From Monocercomonoides exilis PA203 (lineage: Eukaryota; Protista; Preaxostyla), in contig LSRY02000026.1 in the NCBI GenBank assembly GCA_001643675.2, positions 1 to 64,000 on the forward strand: 64,000 bases of DNA, given 5' to 3'. A program made the translations under genes and the position numbers. Positions 39,701-52,499 of the stretch are shown here, piece after piece. The notes below the pieces were generated by a model, which did not search any database, had not been told where the DNA came from, and saw only the letters and a program-made list of their open reading frames with translations. Within the stretch, counting starts at the first letter, position 1. The number at the start of each line of letters is the position of its first letter.

Positions 39701-42700
39701 CATCATCCAAAGTGTTTGTCACCCTCCCTCCTTCACTCCTCACCCACATCTCCTCCACCCTCACCTCTCCTCCACCCCCTTCGTTTCCTGAGCTTTCGCA
39801 GTGGACACACAAGATCAACAACGACACACACGACTTTGTGGTTCATCTGCACAACCTGGTTCGGATGATGGAGCGGAGGCAGCAGGAATACGGAAGCTAT
39901 CTGCAGGAGGTGAAGGAGAGGTGGGAGGCGATCATCAGCATCGACCGAGCGAAGGCGAATGCTTCATCATCATTGTCATCATCATCAAATACTCCTCTTT
40001 CTCAATCGCAATCACAATCACAATCACCTTCTTCCTCTTCCTCTTCCTCTTCCTCTTCATCTCATCTTCTCTCCTCTCTCCCTTCTGATGCCAGCGGTTT
40101 CCTTCCGTCGCATTATGTCAGTCTGGATGCGCCTGTTGTCTCTTCTTTCATTCCTTCCATTCTTCCGCAGTTCACTCGCGAAGACGCCGAATATCTTGTC
40201 TTGTTCTATCTGCCTCTTTGGCGATCGGTCCATCCAACTCTCTTTCATTCATCGTTTCATTCTTCTTCTTCTTCCTCCTCCTCCTCCTCCTCCTCTCTTT
40301 CAACATCACAATCATCTTCTGTTTCATCAATAAGCACTTCATCATCATCGTCATCTTCTCCCACCACGCACACCATTGTGAAGACAGCAGAGACGATGAG
40401 CATTGGCGATACAGCTCTCTTCGACAACCTCGAAGTGTCAGCAGAAATTGTGAAGGCGACGCTCTCCTCGTTCGCGCGGATCCGGCTGGGCCTTGTGACG
40501 TCGCTGCACACGGCGCTGGCGATGGTGCTTGGAGAATCTCGAGTTTCTCCGGAGAAGATCACGCCGTCGCTGCTGGCGTTCAAAGGGTCGCTGACGAGTG
40601 AGGCGAGGCTTCCGCTGCAGAGGGCGGCGGCGGGGACGCTGGCGGTTGTGCTGCAGACGGCGCTTGGGAGGATTCCTTGTCCGGTTGGGAAGTATGTGGG
40701 GAGTGTGTGCTCGCTGGTGAAGATCCCGCCGCAGATCCTGGGGCTGGAGAAAGGATTGAATGAAGAGGAGGAGGATGAGGCAGAAGGGAATAATTCTTCT
40801 TCATCATCATTATCAAATCAGAAAAAGAATTCATCATCAACCAAATTGAGACATGCATCAGATGTGAACGATGTGAATGCGATGGAAGACCTGATCTACG
40901 AGGCGTCGCTGGACAGCGAGCAGGTTGGGGCAGAGTCGGCGACAGCAGCAGTGCTGGAGGAGATCACGCGCAACACAGTCGGCAAGTCGCTCACGCCGGC
41001 GATGCTGCGTGTTGGAGAGAGGAGCTTTTCTGTGTCGACGACGTCACTTTTGGCGTCTTCGTTCACTCTTTTGCGGGGCGAGGGGCTAGTGCAGACGAGA
41101 GGGGTGTCTCTGTTTGTGAAGGCGATGGCAGGGCTGTTTGGAGAGCGGCTGTTTGTGGATGTGCCGCAGCTGTGGGACGAGTGCAGGAAGCTGAAGCTGA
41201 AGATGAATATGAATGTGAATGGGGAAGGAGGAAAAGAAGGAGGAAAGGAAAATAATGGAACGATGAATTCTTCATCCATTTCTTCTTCTCTCTTTAATGA
41301 ACAAGAAATCAAGCCAAACACATCTTCCTTCATTTCTGACCAGCCCAATGGCAAGCCATCTGTTCTGGGTGCTTTGGATGACTCGCTTGTGCTTCCGTCG
41401 CCTTCTGTTGAGCGTGTCTGCATCTCCCTCCGCCTCATCGAAATCCTTGCGCCCACCCTCACTGGGAAATCGTTATCCCAAATGCTTTCGCTGTTCCCTT
41501 CGCTTTTGTGTCTGTGTGTGTCTGGTGTGCGTCCTGTGCGCATTTTGGCAGCACATTCGGCGATTGCGCTGACGAGGGCGTCGCCCGCTGTGTGCTTTGC
41601 GCACTGCATCAGAGCTGTCCCAAAGGCGCTCCGGTCAGAAAGAGAGGCAGACAGGGCAGGGGCGATCTATCTGGCGTATCTGCTGACGACAGAGCTGGCC
41701 ACAGAGATGATCCCGTGGATTGCTTTCTTTTTGATTCCAGTATGAGAAAGGGTAGGAGAGAAAAAAAGATAATGTTATTTTTTTTTTCAAAGAAAGAAAG
41801 ATACAAGTTCAATTTTGATTGTTGTTATCATTTTATGTGAATATATTTATTTATTTATTTATTTATTTCACTTTCTCTTTCTCTTTCCTCTCAGATCCTC
41901 GGAGGCATGTCCGACATCCTGCTGGGCATCCGCCAGACAGCCTCGCGCGCGTTTGCCTCTCTTCTGATGCTGGTCACTCTGTCTGAGGCAGCCCCTCTTC
42001 CACCAGGCGTCCCCCTCTCTCTCCACCGCACCCGCCAGAAGCAGCAGGCGCTGGTCTCGCAGCTCACGGCAGGCGCGTCGGGGTGTCCGCAGTGTTATGT
42101 GCCAGTGCGGTTCAACGGGATTCTGAGGCATTATCAGCAGGAAGGGATAAACTGGCTGGCGTTTCTGAACAAGTTCCAGCTGCATGGGATCCTGGCAGAC
42201 GACATGGGGCTGGGGAAGACGCTGCAGACGCTGTGTGTGATTGTGGCGTCGCCGACGATCACAGCACAGACAGAGAAGTTTATCAGCTCGGCAGAAGAAG
42301 AAGGAGAAGGAGGTGAAGAAGGAAGAGAAACGAAGAAAGAGGAAGGAGATAGAGGAGGAAGGTTGGAAGCAGAGCTGCTGATGAGAGAGCTGAATGAGGA
42401 AGAGAAGAAAATCTCTCTGAATTCTGATTCTCACACAACACTTTCTACATCATCATCATCTTCTTCTTCTTCTTCTTCCACTCCATCCACTTCACCAGTC
42501 CAGCAGCCATCTCCTCAGCAGCCCCAGTTCTGCACAAAGCCGCTGGAGAAAGTGTCGCTGATCATCTTCCCGACGTCTGTGGTGCAGCACTGGATCGAAG
42601 AGGCACAGACATTCTTTGCACCTCCTCCTCTATCATCATCACCACCACCATCACAACCACCTCATTGTGAAGGAGGCAGCACAGAAGCGAATGCGAAGGC

Positions 42701-44656
42701 AGTCAACCCGTTCGCCCTGTTGCGTATCTGGGCACGGCAGCACAGCGGCAGCACATCCTGAGCCAGCTGAGGCAGACGCAGACGCCGAAGCCGTTCAACC
42801 TGGTTGTTGCGTCGTATGATGTGGTGCGAAGGGATGTGGAGCAGCTGACGAGGCTGCCGTTCACGTTCGACTACTGTGTGCTGGACGAAGGGCACTTCAT
42901 CCGGAATGTGAAGTCGAAGGCGACGGTGGCGGTGAAGCAGATCAAAGCAGAGCACCGGCTGATCCTCACAGGGACGCCGATCCAGAACCGGCCGCTAGAG
43001 CTGTGGTCGCTGTTCGACTTTCTGATGCCGGGGTTCCTGGGCACGCACGAGCAGTTCAACCGGAAGTTTGGGCGGCCCATCCAGGCAGCGTCGCAGGCGA
43101 AGGCGTCGGAGAAGGAGCAGGAGGAAGGGGCGGTGGCGCTGGACAAGCTGCACAAGCAGGTGCTGCCGTTCATCCTGCGGCGGCTGAAGGAGAATGTGCT
43201 GCGGGACCTGCCGCCGAAGATCATCCAGGACTACTACTGCGAGATGAGTGGGGTGCAGCGGGAGATCTACATGGAGTTTGAGCGGAACAACGTGTTTGAC
43301 TCGCTGGTGGTGACATCGGAGAAGACAGAGAAGCAGAACAGGCAGCTGATGCGGATAGCGGGGAAGGTGAAGGAGCTGGCAGCAGGAGGGAAGGAGAAAG
43401 GGAAGGGGAAGGGGAAAGAGAAAGAGAAAGAGAAAGAGGAGAAAGAGGAGAAAGAGGAAGAAGAAGGAGGAGAGAAAGGGCTGAATGGAGAATATGATGA
43501 GATGGAGCTGGAGACAGACGAAGTGCCAGCGTCTGTTGAGTCTGTGCTTCCCTCTGCTTCGCTTCCTCCTTCGTCTTCCTCTCCGTTTGCAGCCCCGTCG
43601 AAGCAGTCGGAGCGGCTGTTTGTTCCGTCGGCGTCGATGAACCCGCTGCAGGCGATCATCTTCCTGCGGCGGCTGACGAACCACCCGCGGCTGATTCTGT
43701 CGTCGAACGAGCAGATGCTGGCGAGCATGCGGAAGCGATACTCGGCAGCAGAGATCTTCGGGATCAGGGCGTCGGGGAAGCTGCAGGCGCTGCGGGAGCT
43801 GCTGATTGAGTGTGGGATTGGGAAAGTGGGGGATGGGGAAGGGGAGCAGACGCAGTCACAGAAGGAGAGAGAGAAGGAGAAGAGCGGAGAGGAGGAGTAC
43901 GATGAGGATGGGTTTCCAGTTGCAAAGAGAGAAGGAAATGGCTCTTCATCATCGTCTGCAAAGAGAGGGAAGAAAGAAGACGCCAGCAGCATGCAGATTG
44001 CAGACCCAACAGCGGAGAGCGCGTTTTCGAGCGGGGATGAGTCGTGTGTGCAGCACCGGGCGCTGATCTTTGCGCAGACGAAGGAGATTCTGGATCTGAT
44101 AGAGACAGAGCTGTTTGCGAAGTGCTTCCCGTCGCTTTCGTATCTGCGGATCGACGGGAGTGTGGACTCGCGTGTGCGGTTTGAGATTGTGCGGAAGTTC
44201 CGGAGCGACCCGACGGTGGATGTGCTGATGCTGACGCGGGTAGGGAGTGTGGGGCTGAACCTGGCGTGTGCAGACATTGTGATCTTTGTGGAGAACGACT
44301 GGAACCCGGCGAACGACATGCAGGCGATGGACCGGGCGCACCGGATTGGGCAGACGCGGGTGGTGAATGTGTACCGGCTGATCACGCGGGGCACGGTGGA
44401 GGAGAAGATCCTGGGGCTGCAGCGGTTCAAGCAGCAGATGGCGAATGCGATTGTGTCATCGGAGAATGCAGATGCAGGGGCGAAGGCAGGGGTGCAGGGG
44501 AGGGTGCTGGACTTGTTTGGCGAGGCAACGGGGAAGGAGGACGGGGAGCCGGAGAAGAAGAAAGGCGGGAAGCCGAAGATGGCAGACATCATCAAGGAGC
44601 TGGACGAGCAGGACACGTCGAGCAGAAGAGAGGAGTTTGGGCTGGACAAGCTGTGA
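36738..44656 (+). CDS. MOT1: Mot1/BTAF1 TBP-associated SNF2-family ATPase; exons 36738-36774, 36830-36924, 36982-41739, 41895-44656, with an apparent 1-nt frameshift near 42711
   Basis: N-terminus [18 protein letters not shown]...SWDARTAAA; HEAT region [23 protein letters not shown] and WDVKHGMLL; SNF2 motifs [97 protein letters not shown]. Confidence 0.95.
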
Positions 44657-47574
44657 GAGGAGCGTCTGCTGTTGTTTGTTCTGCAAGCACTCGGTCTCGT
44701 TTCACTGGCTGCTGGGAGCAGGTGCAAAATGTGCATGAATTGGCACGAACTGAAGAAAAGAAAACGGCAGTTGTTTTGTGTTTGATTTGTTGTTTGTTGT
44801 TTGTTTTTGAGGTTCTTTTATGTGTTGAGCTCGCATGATGCTCATTCCATTTCAGAATTTGGTGTTATGTTCAGTTGAACTGAAATAATCAAACTTCAAC
44901 GAGCGTGCTGTTGGTTGTTTTGAAAAAGTGTTGGAATCGCCTTTGAACTGTTCAAGTTGAGTTTTGAACGGGCTTTTTTTTTGGATGTTCTTTGAAAGTG
45001 AACTGGAAACAAACAACTTTGATGTTTGAGAAAGTGAAAGAAAAGGAAACTTCTTTTGTTTTTTGATTTTTTACCAAAATGTGTTCCAATGCAGAAGTCT
45101 CTGAGAATAAATTGAAATCAAAAAAAGAATTAGGGTGATTTTTTTATCCGAATATAATTTTAGTATTTTTTGTCAAATAATGAATATTTTTTTAACAGAT
45201 CGCATGTAGAAATTTTCGAAAAAATGCAACAATCAATAGTAAATACATTCCATTTATTCTCTTTTAGTAATTTTTCGGTATTTCTTCGTTCATTATCAAC
45301 TTTAAAATAATCATCATTAAAAATTTGTGATTTGTATTTTTTTTCGGATTCTCTTCAGAAAATAAATCTTTTTCAATTATTCTTCAGCAGAATCATCAAT
45401 TTTCTTTTCATCTTTCATCTTTTTGTATTCTTTCCATTCATCCAATAAGTTTGACCTTCAATATTTTTCTCATGGAAAGAAAACAAATGGGATTTTTTTA
45501 TCAGCTGAACTGAAGGAATGTCAGGGAACTTCACTCATGCAGAATTCGACTGAACAAGTAGGATGCAGCTCTTTTCAAATGCAGAATGAGTTGTTGAATG
45601 AAGCAATGTAGTTTGCAAGCCCTGTTGCAGGGAATAAATAATTTCCTTTTATTGAAAAGAGATTGTGAAAAATGGGTGATTTTTTTTGATATCATAAAAA
45701 ATTCCGACGTTTGATCATAAAAAATTTTCATTAAGGGTGGAGTTGAATCGAAAATATTTTTGTTTAATATATTATTATTATTATTATTATTATTTGTTGA
45801 TTTTAATTTGTTTACAATTGTTTTTATTACTTATTTTCAAAAAAACATTAAAAAATATTATTATTAAATATCGGTAATTCAATAAATAGTACAAAACAAA
45901 AGTTAACTGGTTGATAGAACATAAAAACAATAAAAGCAATACATAATCAATCAGTTTTTATTATAAAAATAAGTTTTATGATGTTATTACAAAGAAATTT
46001 AGAAATTGATGCTAAAGATATAAAAGCATTTGTTGAAAACAATAATTTTCGACAGCTTTAGCAAAGCGATTCGCAAGGCAGCCTTTCCAATAATCATTAC
46101 CTTCTTTTGAGTTCACTAATTGCTTGCTATTCTGAAATATGTAAGATTTTCGCTTTTTTTCAATTCCATCTTTCTCAGTTCAAATCCAATTAGCTTCTTG
46201 AAAATTTTGCAGTCAATTTCCATCTCAATCTCTTCATCTTGCACACTTTCCATATGGATTCGCACTCCCAACTTGATATTCACCTTGCTTAACGAAATAA
46301 CCTGCTTTCATTCATTTTCATTCATTTCCATTTTGCGCCCTGAAAACAACACAAAAAACATCAAAAGGCAAATATTCATATATAGAAAAATAAATAAATA
46401 CCAAACTGCGCTTCGACTGTATTTTGTCAAACAACCTCATCTCCACAGCCATCATCATTCTAAAAATCAATCTCTTCATTTCAGTCTCAGAATGGTCAAA
46501 TTGCAGCACGGAATATATCTCCACAAAATACATCGTGTATCTCACTGGAGGGTCTTCTCAGCCCGTACACATTGTGGCGGATGTCCAGAGGTGTTTTTTC
46601 TGTTTTTGGCATGATCATCTCCTTTAATAATATTCTCAACCATCTAAAGAAGCATTTGATGTCTATCTCATCAACACATGGCACAGGAGGGATATGGGGC
46701 AGAGAAAAGATGGAAGAATATTTTTTGTGGCAGGGGATGGGAGTTGAGAGTTTTATGGAATGTTAATATTTCAAGAGGGATTTTTGAATAAAAGAAATTT
46801 CGAGACAAAGGGGTGGAGAAGGAATAGGTGGAGATTTGGAGAAGATAATATAGTAAATATATAGAGAAGTGGCTGAGGATGATGAGGATGGTGTTTATTG
46901 TTGATGGGAGAAATGGATTTTGAAAAGAAAGAAAAGAGGGAAAAAGTGGATGAAAAGAAGATGAATATTCTGAAGCGTTCATATGAAAAGGGGGTAACTT
47001 TTTTGAGAGGAGAAGATTTTTTTGGAAGAGAATGAAAAAGATGAAGAAAAGGATGGGATTGATATTTTCTGATGATTTTGTGAGCTGAATGGAAGAGGTG
47101 AATGGAAAGGAAGGAAATTGAGAAATATTATCATTTTCTATTTTTGAGGGGAAATGAGAGGAAATCGCAAAAAGAAAGTCAATAAACTTTGGAAAAATAC
47201 AGCTTTATTGATTTCCACAATCTGTTCGTCATATATTTGGTGATTGAGTTTTTCTGACCAATCTGAAGTTTACACATCAAATGAGACGTTTTAGCCAATC
47301 AACAACTTCATACAAATTATTCTCAACATCTTAAATATCGTTCAACTGTTTTCGCATTTCTCAATAATTTCTTCTTCTTCCACATCATTTCCTTCTTTTT
47401 CATCATCTTCTTTTTCAGATAATCCCCTTTCATCCAATCAATCATCTTCCTCATTTCTCAATTTACAAACACAAAATTCGCCTTCTCACAATTCACTGAC
47501 TTATTCAGCGACAAGCATGCCTGTTATGAACCGCACAGCAAAAAACACACAAAATCTTCTTCAGTCACATATTG

Positions 47575-47830
47575 CTTCTTCTTCTTCTTATTCTTCTTCC
47601 TCTTCCTCTTCTTCTTCTTCTTCTTCTTCTTCTTCTTCTTCTTCTTCTTCTTCTTCTCCTTCTCCTCCTCCTCCTCCTCCTCCTCCTCCTCCTCCTCCTC
47701 CTCCTTCTTTTTCTTCTTCTTCTTCTTCTTCTTCTTCTTCTTCTTCGCCTTCTTCGCCTTTTTCACCTTCTTCTTCACTTTCTTCTTCACTTTCTTCTTC
47801 CTCTTTGTCTTCGTCTTCGTCTTCTTTCCT
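47575..47830. repeat. (TCT)n/(CCT)n trinucleotide microsatellite
   Basis: Direct reading. Confidence 0.9.
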
Positions 47831-48515
47831 GATGTCATCATTAGGCATTTGATTCATTTGTATTTTTGGAGCCGACAGAACAGCATCATTTTCAGTTTGC
47901 GAAGGGAAAGACAGGGATCAAACAAAAAAATAGTCAATTGACTTTGATGGAATTTCATTCTATTATTTTGCTTGAATGAATCTGTCATAAATATTGCAAT
48001 TTGGATTATTATCATTCTTTTTAATCAACCTGTTAAATGTGATATTTCATTCAGTCAGCAACGTCACAGGAACTTCTCATATTTTTCTTTGGAAATATCA
48101 TTCGACTGATTTCACATTTCTCAATCCTCTCTCCTTCTTCTTATTCTTCGCCTTCTTCTTCTGTGATATTTCTTTTCACTTCGTGTCAGAACAGACGATC
48201 GACCTTCAGATGCATGTGAACTGTTCAATCAGCGGCTTGATTGCACCTACCAAAAATTATTTCATTCGATTTTCCTACTCCCAACAGTATCATCCTCACT
48301 GTCAATGCATTTTGTAACTTCGTTGGATGGGCATTTGAACAGCTTTCCTTTTCCGTTGCAGTTTATCCAGCTCTGCTTCAGCGTTTCGAACGAAATCCAT
48401 GCGCTGGCTGTGCAGAATAAGCTGAATGGGCATAGAAAGAGAAATGGTAGTTGGAGGGAAGGAGCTGACAGCAATATCGCACTCATGCTCTCGCTTTGCG
48501 ATACTGCCAAGGAGC

Positions 48516-48716
48516 AGAGAGAGAGAGAGAGGAAAGGAAAGGAAAGGAAAGGAAAGGAGAGGAGAGGAGAGGAGAGGAGAGGAGAGAGAGGAGAGGAGAG
48601 AGAGAGGAGAGGAGAGGAGAGGAGAGGAGAGGAGAGGAGAGGAGAGGAGAGGAGAGGAGAGGAGAGGAGAGGAGAGGAGAGGAGAGGAAGGAGAGGAGAG
48701 GAGAGGAGAGGAGAGC
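48516..48716. repeat. Polypurine microsatellite (GA)n/(GGAAA)n/(GGAGA)n
   Basis: Direct reading. Confidence 0.92.
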
Positions 48717-51477
48717 GCATTAAAATGGAAGATGCAACGTAGGTTGATTTCAGAAGCAAATTGAGTGCAGAGCAGAGGAAAGGGAATCAGTGGGAAAAGC
48801 CAAAGGCGAAGACGAAGATGAATGAGAAAAAAGAGATTTCCACATTGAAAGCTTACACTTTCGACTCAAGACTTGCGCAGGCAACAACAGAAAAGAGGTA
48901 GAGGGACAGGAGAAGGGCAGAAGGAGGTGATGATGAAGATGAATCACAGCAGACATTTTTTCGCGTTCTACAGCGCACTCTCATCTGCTCGGCTGTATTC
49001 TCAAAATACCACAGCCTCCTCAACATTTGTGACTTCATCTTTTTCTCCATTGCCGCACACTGAATTGTTTGTCATTTCTGTTGTTGTGGGAAATCCACCA
49101 AAGCCATTCACTCCATCATCTCCCACAGCGGACTCATCTTCGCTAACATAGAAGTCCCTCTGCACATCGAACATGTTATCTCCTTCTTTATCTCCTTCTT
49201 TTTCCATTTCTTCCTTCTCACCGCCTATCACATGTGCGATTCTCGGGAAAAGCAGATTGGGTGATGCAGGCGTGTTTGCCAGCAGCAGCGTGTCAGCGAC
49301 GAGGGATATGTTTGAGCCACAGAGTATCCTTCTGAACTATGCAGCGTATGTGGCTAGCCAGGGGATTAGGGCTGGTGGTGAGAAGGAGGGGAAGGGGGAG
49401 AAGAAGGATGAGAAAGAGGAGAGAGAGGATAACACTTTAATAAAAGACTTTCAAAAGAGAAGATGAAATCAACAAAAGAGAATAATAAGCCTGTGAAGAT
49501 ACTGATCACCATTTGCTTGACTTTCTGTCTGAATTCAGTAACAGATCATTAGAACGCTATATACTTTCTCAACATTTTCATCTGCTAACGCATCATCTTC
49601 ATTCTCAACTTCTTCGTTTCCCAATTCATCACCGTTCTCTTTTGCTTCAACTTCTTCTTTATCTTGTTCTGATTTTTGCTTTTATTCTTGTTTATTCATC
49701 ATTTCATCATTATCTTCTCTTCTTCTTCACCTGATTCATTAACTGGCACTCTAGAAATCCCTCAGCATCCACATCCACCTCCACAAGCGATGTCAATCCC
49801 TCCTCCTCTCCACATCCTATCTGATGCAAACAAAGCAATCCATTCAGCGCAAGTGAACTTATTTTTCTATTCTTCCTTTATCATCATCATTTTCTTCTTC
49901 TTCTTTCTTCTTCTTCCTCCTCTTCTTCTTCCTCTTCCTCCTCCTCTTCTTCCTCTTCCTCCTCCTCTTCTTTTTCTATACACCTCACCACCCGCATGCC
50001 CTCCGCACACCGCCCCACTTCTGCAGATGTCATCAACCACAGCTGTCTCGAGTGCAGCCGGTGAGTCGCCATCACCACCTCCGAGTTTGAGAGCCGTCTG
50101 GCTGGTTTCCCACTCGAACACACCAAAAACAGGAGTGAAGCAGACAACACAAGATTTGCAAATGATGCCTTTTACGACTCAGTCATCCGCGAACAATCGG
50201 TGAGACTGCATGACGGAAATGCGGTTTCTGATGTGCTCAACTACTCGTCAAGGTTTGATTTCCTCACGCTGTTTATGCCATCTTGCCTCACCGTCGGCCA
50301 GCTTTCTGACTCCGCACGCATCAAATCCGACTTCGATGGGGAACTTCCTCTATTCCCTTCAGACACACTGAGCATGCCTCTAGATAATCAGAATTACCAT
50401 TCCTTGGGAGATCCTCAGCTTCCGCCTTTCTTCTCCTTCTCGCCAGCCCTCAGCCTCCGCAAATTGATTCCAGACAGCTCCCCAACTGGTTCCCCTTCCT
50501 TCTCCACCAGCTCCACACTGCTTGAAACTTACTCCCCTGCTGCCGCATCCATCGCTGTGTCTGTTTCCGTTCAATCATTCCTATCGCTGGGGCTTCCTCT
50601 TCTTGACCCGCTCGATCTGCTTGACTCGCTAGACCAGATGTCGATTGTGGCAGCCCCGAACAGAATAGCCAGTGCTCGAAAGACAAGTGCGAATGCGAAG
50701 AGGAAGCTGATGTCTTCAGATGAGAAGTCATATGCACTGCCTTTGGAAATGGAGTCGAAAATGGCCATGGAGGATTTGAATAAATTGGCTTCGAAGGATT
50801 TTCGGTCTTCTTCTACTTCTCCTTCAACAACTACTGCTTCTCCTTCATCGTCCTCTTCCTCTTCCTCCTCCTCCACTTCCTCCTCCTCCTCCTCCTTTGC
50901 TCACCTCATCGCTCACACAGCGGCCAATGAACTGAGTGTGAAGGCAAATTTGTTTTAAGAGGAGATTAACAAGCAATTGGAGTTATCGAGGAATGCAACG
51001 AGAACCATGACACATGAAGTCCTGGAGAGGAAGCAAACAACGTCAGAGACATTTTCGAAAGGAGAATTTTTATGAAGCAGAGTAGAAATTGAAGGAAGAT
51101 GAGGAAAGGATATAAAAGGAAGCGGAAGGACAAGTGATTAGAAGAATAAAGAGAGAAAAGACGAGTTCGAATTAGTTTTATTCGTTGATTATCGAGTTCA
51201 TTGTATTTCGTTCAACGTTTGAAGAAACCGAATCGAAAAGAAAGGACTGATGTTTTGTGATAATATTTCAGTTGAAGAAAAAGATAAAGTGAAGATAACC
51301 AATTGCTTAAATAAGTTAAAAGTATATTAATCTATAAATTGAAACAGTCTTTTTAACAAACTGTTTCAATAAGTCTTTCAAAGTATTTTTTATTTATTAG
51401 TACAGTTTTGCATGTTGAGAAACTTGACATTTTCCTTTTACAGCTTTATTTTTTATTTTTCACATTTTTTTTTGAAA

Positions 51478-51685
51478 CTTGATCATAAAAATCCTTTTTC
51501 ATCAAAAACTTTCAAAAGGTATGTATTTTTTATAAATATAAATTAAACAAATATATATGACAGAAATAAAAACTAAATACTTGCTAAAAATCAATTTGAT
51601 TCTTTGATCAAAAAATCCCACAATAGATTTTATTTTTTTCGATTTTTGATCTTTTATTATGATGTCAAAAAAAATCACCCATATT
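51478..51685 (+). repeat. Dispersed ~200-bp AT-rich repeat, copy B
   Basis: Aligns with 26472-26667; its 3' end also occurs inverted at ~45670-45710. Confidence 0.85.
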
Positions 51686-52499
51686 TGAGATAATATTTGT
51701 GTGATTCTTTTTGAAAAGTCGCAAACGTTTAACTGATCTGAAAATAAGATCTAAAATGATCAAAAAATAGTGATCATTCTGTTCCCATTTTGGTTTGATT
51801 ATTGTTATTTATTGTCATTTATTTCGCTTTAAAAAGAAAAATATGATACAAATTTGTTATCATCATATAAATTTTTGACTTTATTTTGAAATACACATGT
51901 GAAAGCGACTGCTTTCGAGCTATTTGCATCAAATGAGTTTCATGCTTTAATTTCCTCATTTTCATTTCATATATTCGAATATTCATTATGATTTAATGAA
52001 CAGGAGCTAAGATTTTAATGATATTTTTGTTGAAAGATAAATACAATTTAATTAGCTTTAATTCTGGAATTTTTTCATGAGAAATTATCAAACAGGAAAA
52101 ATTTATTAAAACAACACTCGTAACAATTGAAAGATATTCAAAAAGGAGTTGACATGGAGCAATAATTAATAAAATTCTAGAAAATTATGGAATGAAGTAT
52201 TATTTTTCAAAATAAATCACCTTTTGCTCCAAACTCAAATGTGCAATCTCTTCTAATTTTAAAAGTCAAACGGTTTGTGTCATTCAAGTATCTTTCAACT
52301 CTGTATGTGTCTTTTTTTCTCCCTTCCATTTCATGTCCATGCATTATTGAAAGCTATCATGCTTCAAACATTTTAATTGCACGAAAAAAGCAGTTTTTCT
52401 TTGCCGGTCTGCCATCCTGATAAATATGTGGATGTGTTTAAACAGCCTGTGTTTCTTCTGGCTGATGTGTTTGGAGATATCTCATTAAATTTCTTGTGG

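Noticed and set aside
43267-44736. 489-aa minus-strand ORF and other long antisense ORFs over MOT1
   Set aside because: Shadow ORFs of GC-rich sense codons
47517-48764. Poly-S/K/E/L and ERRGE-repeat ORFs
   Set aside because: Translations of microsatellites, open in several frames
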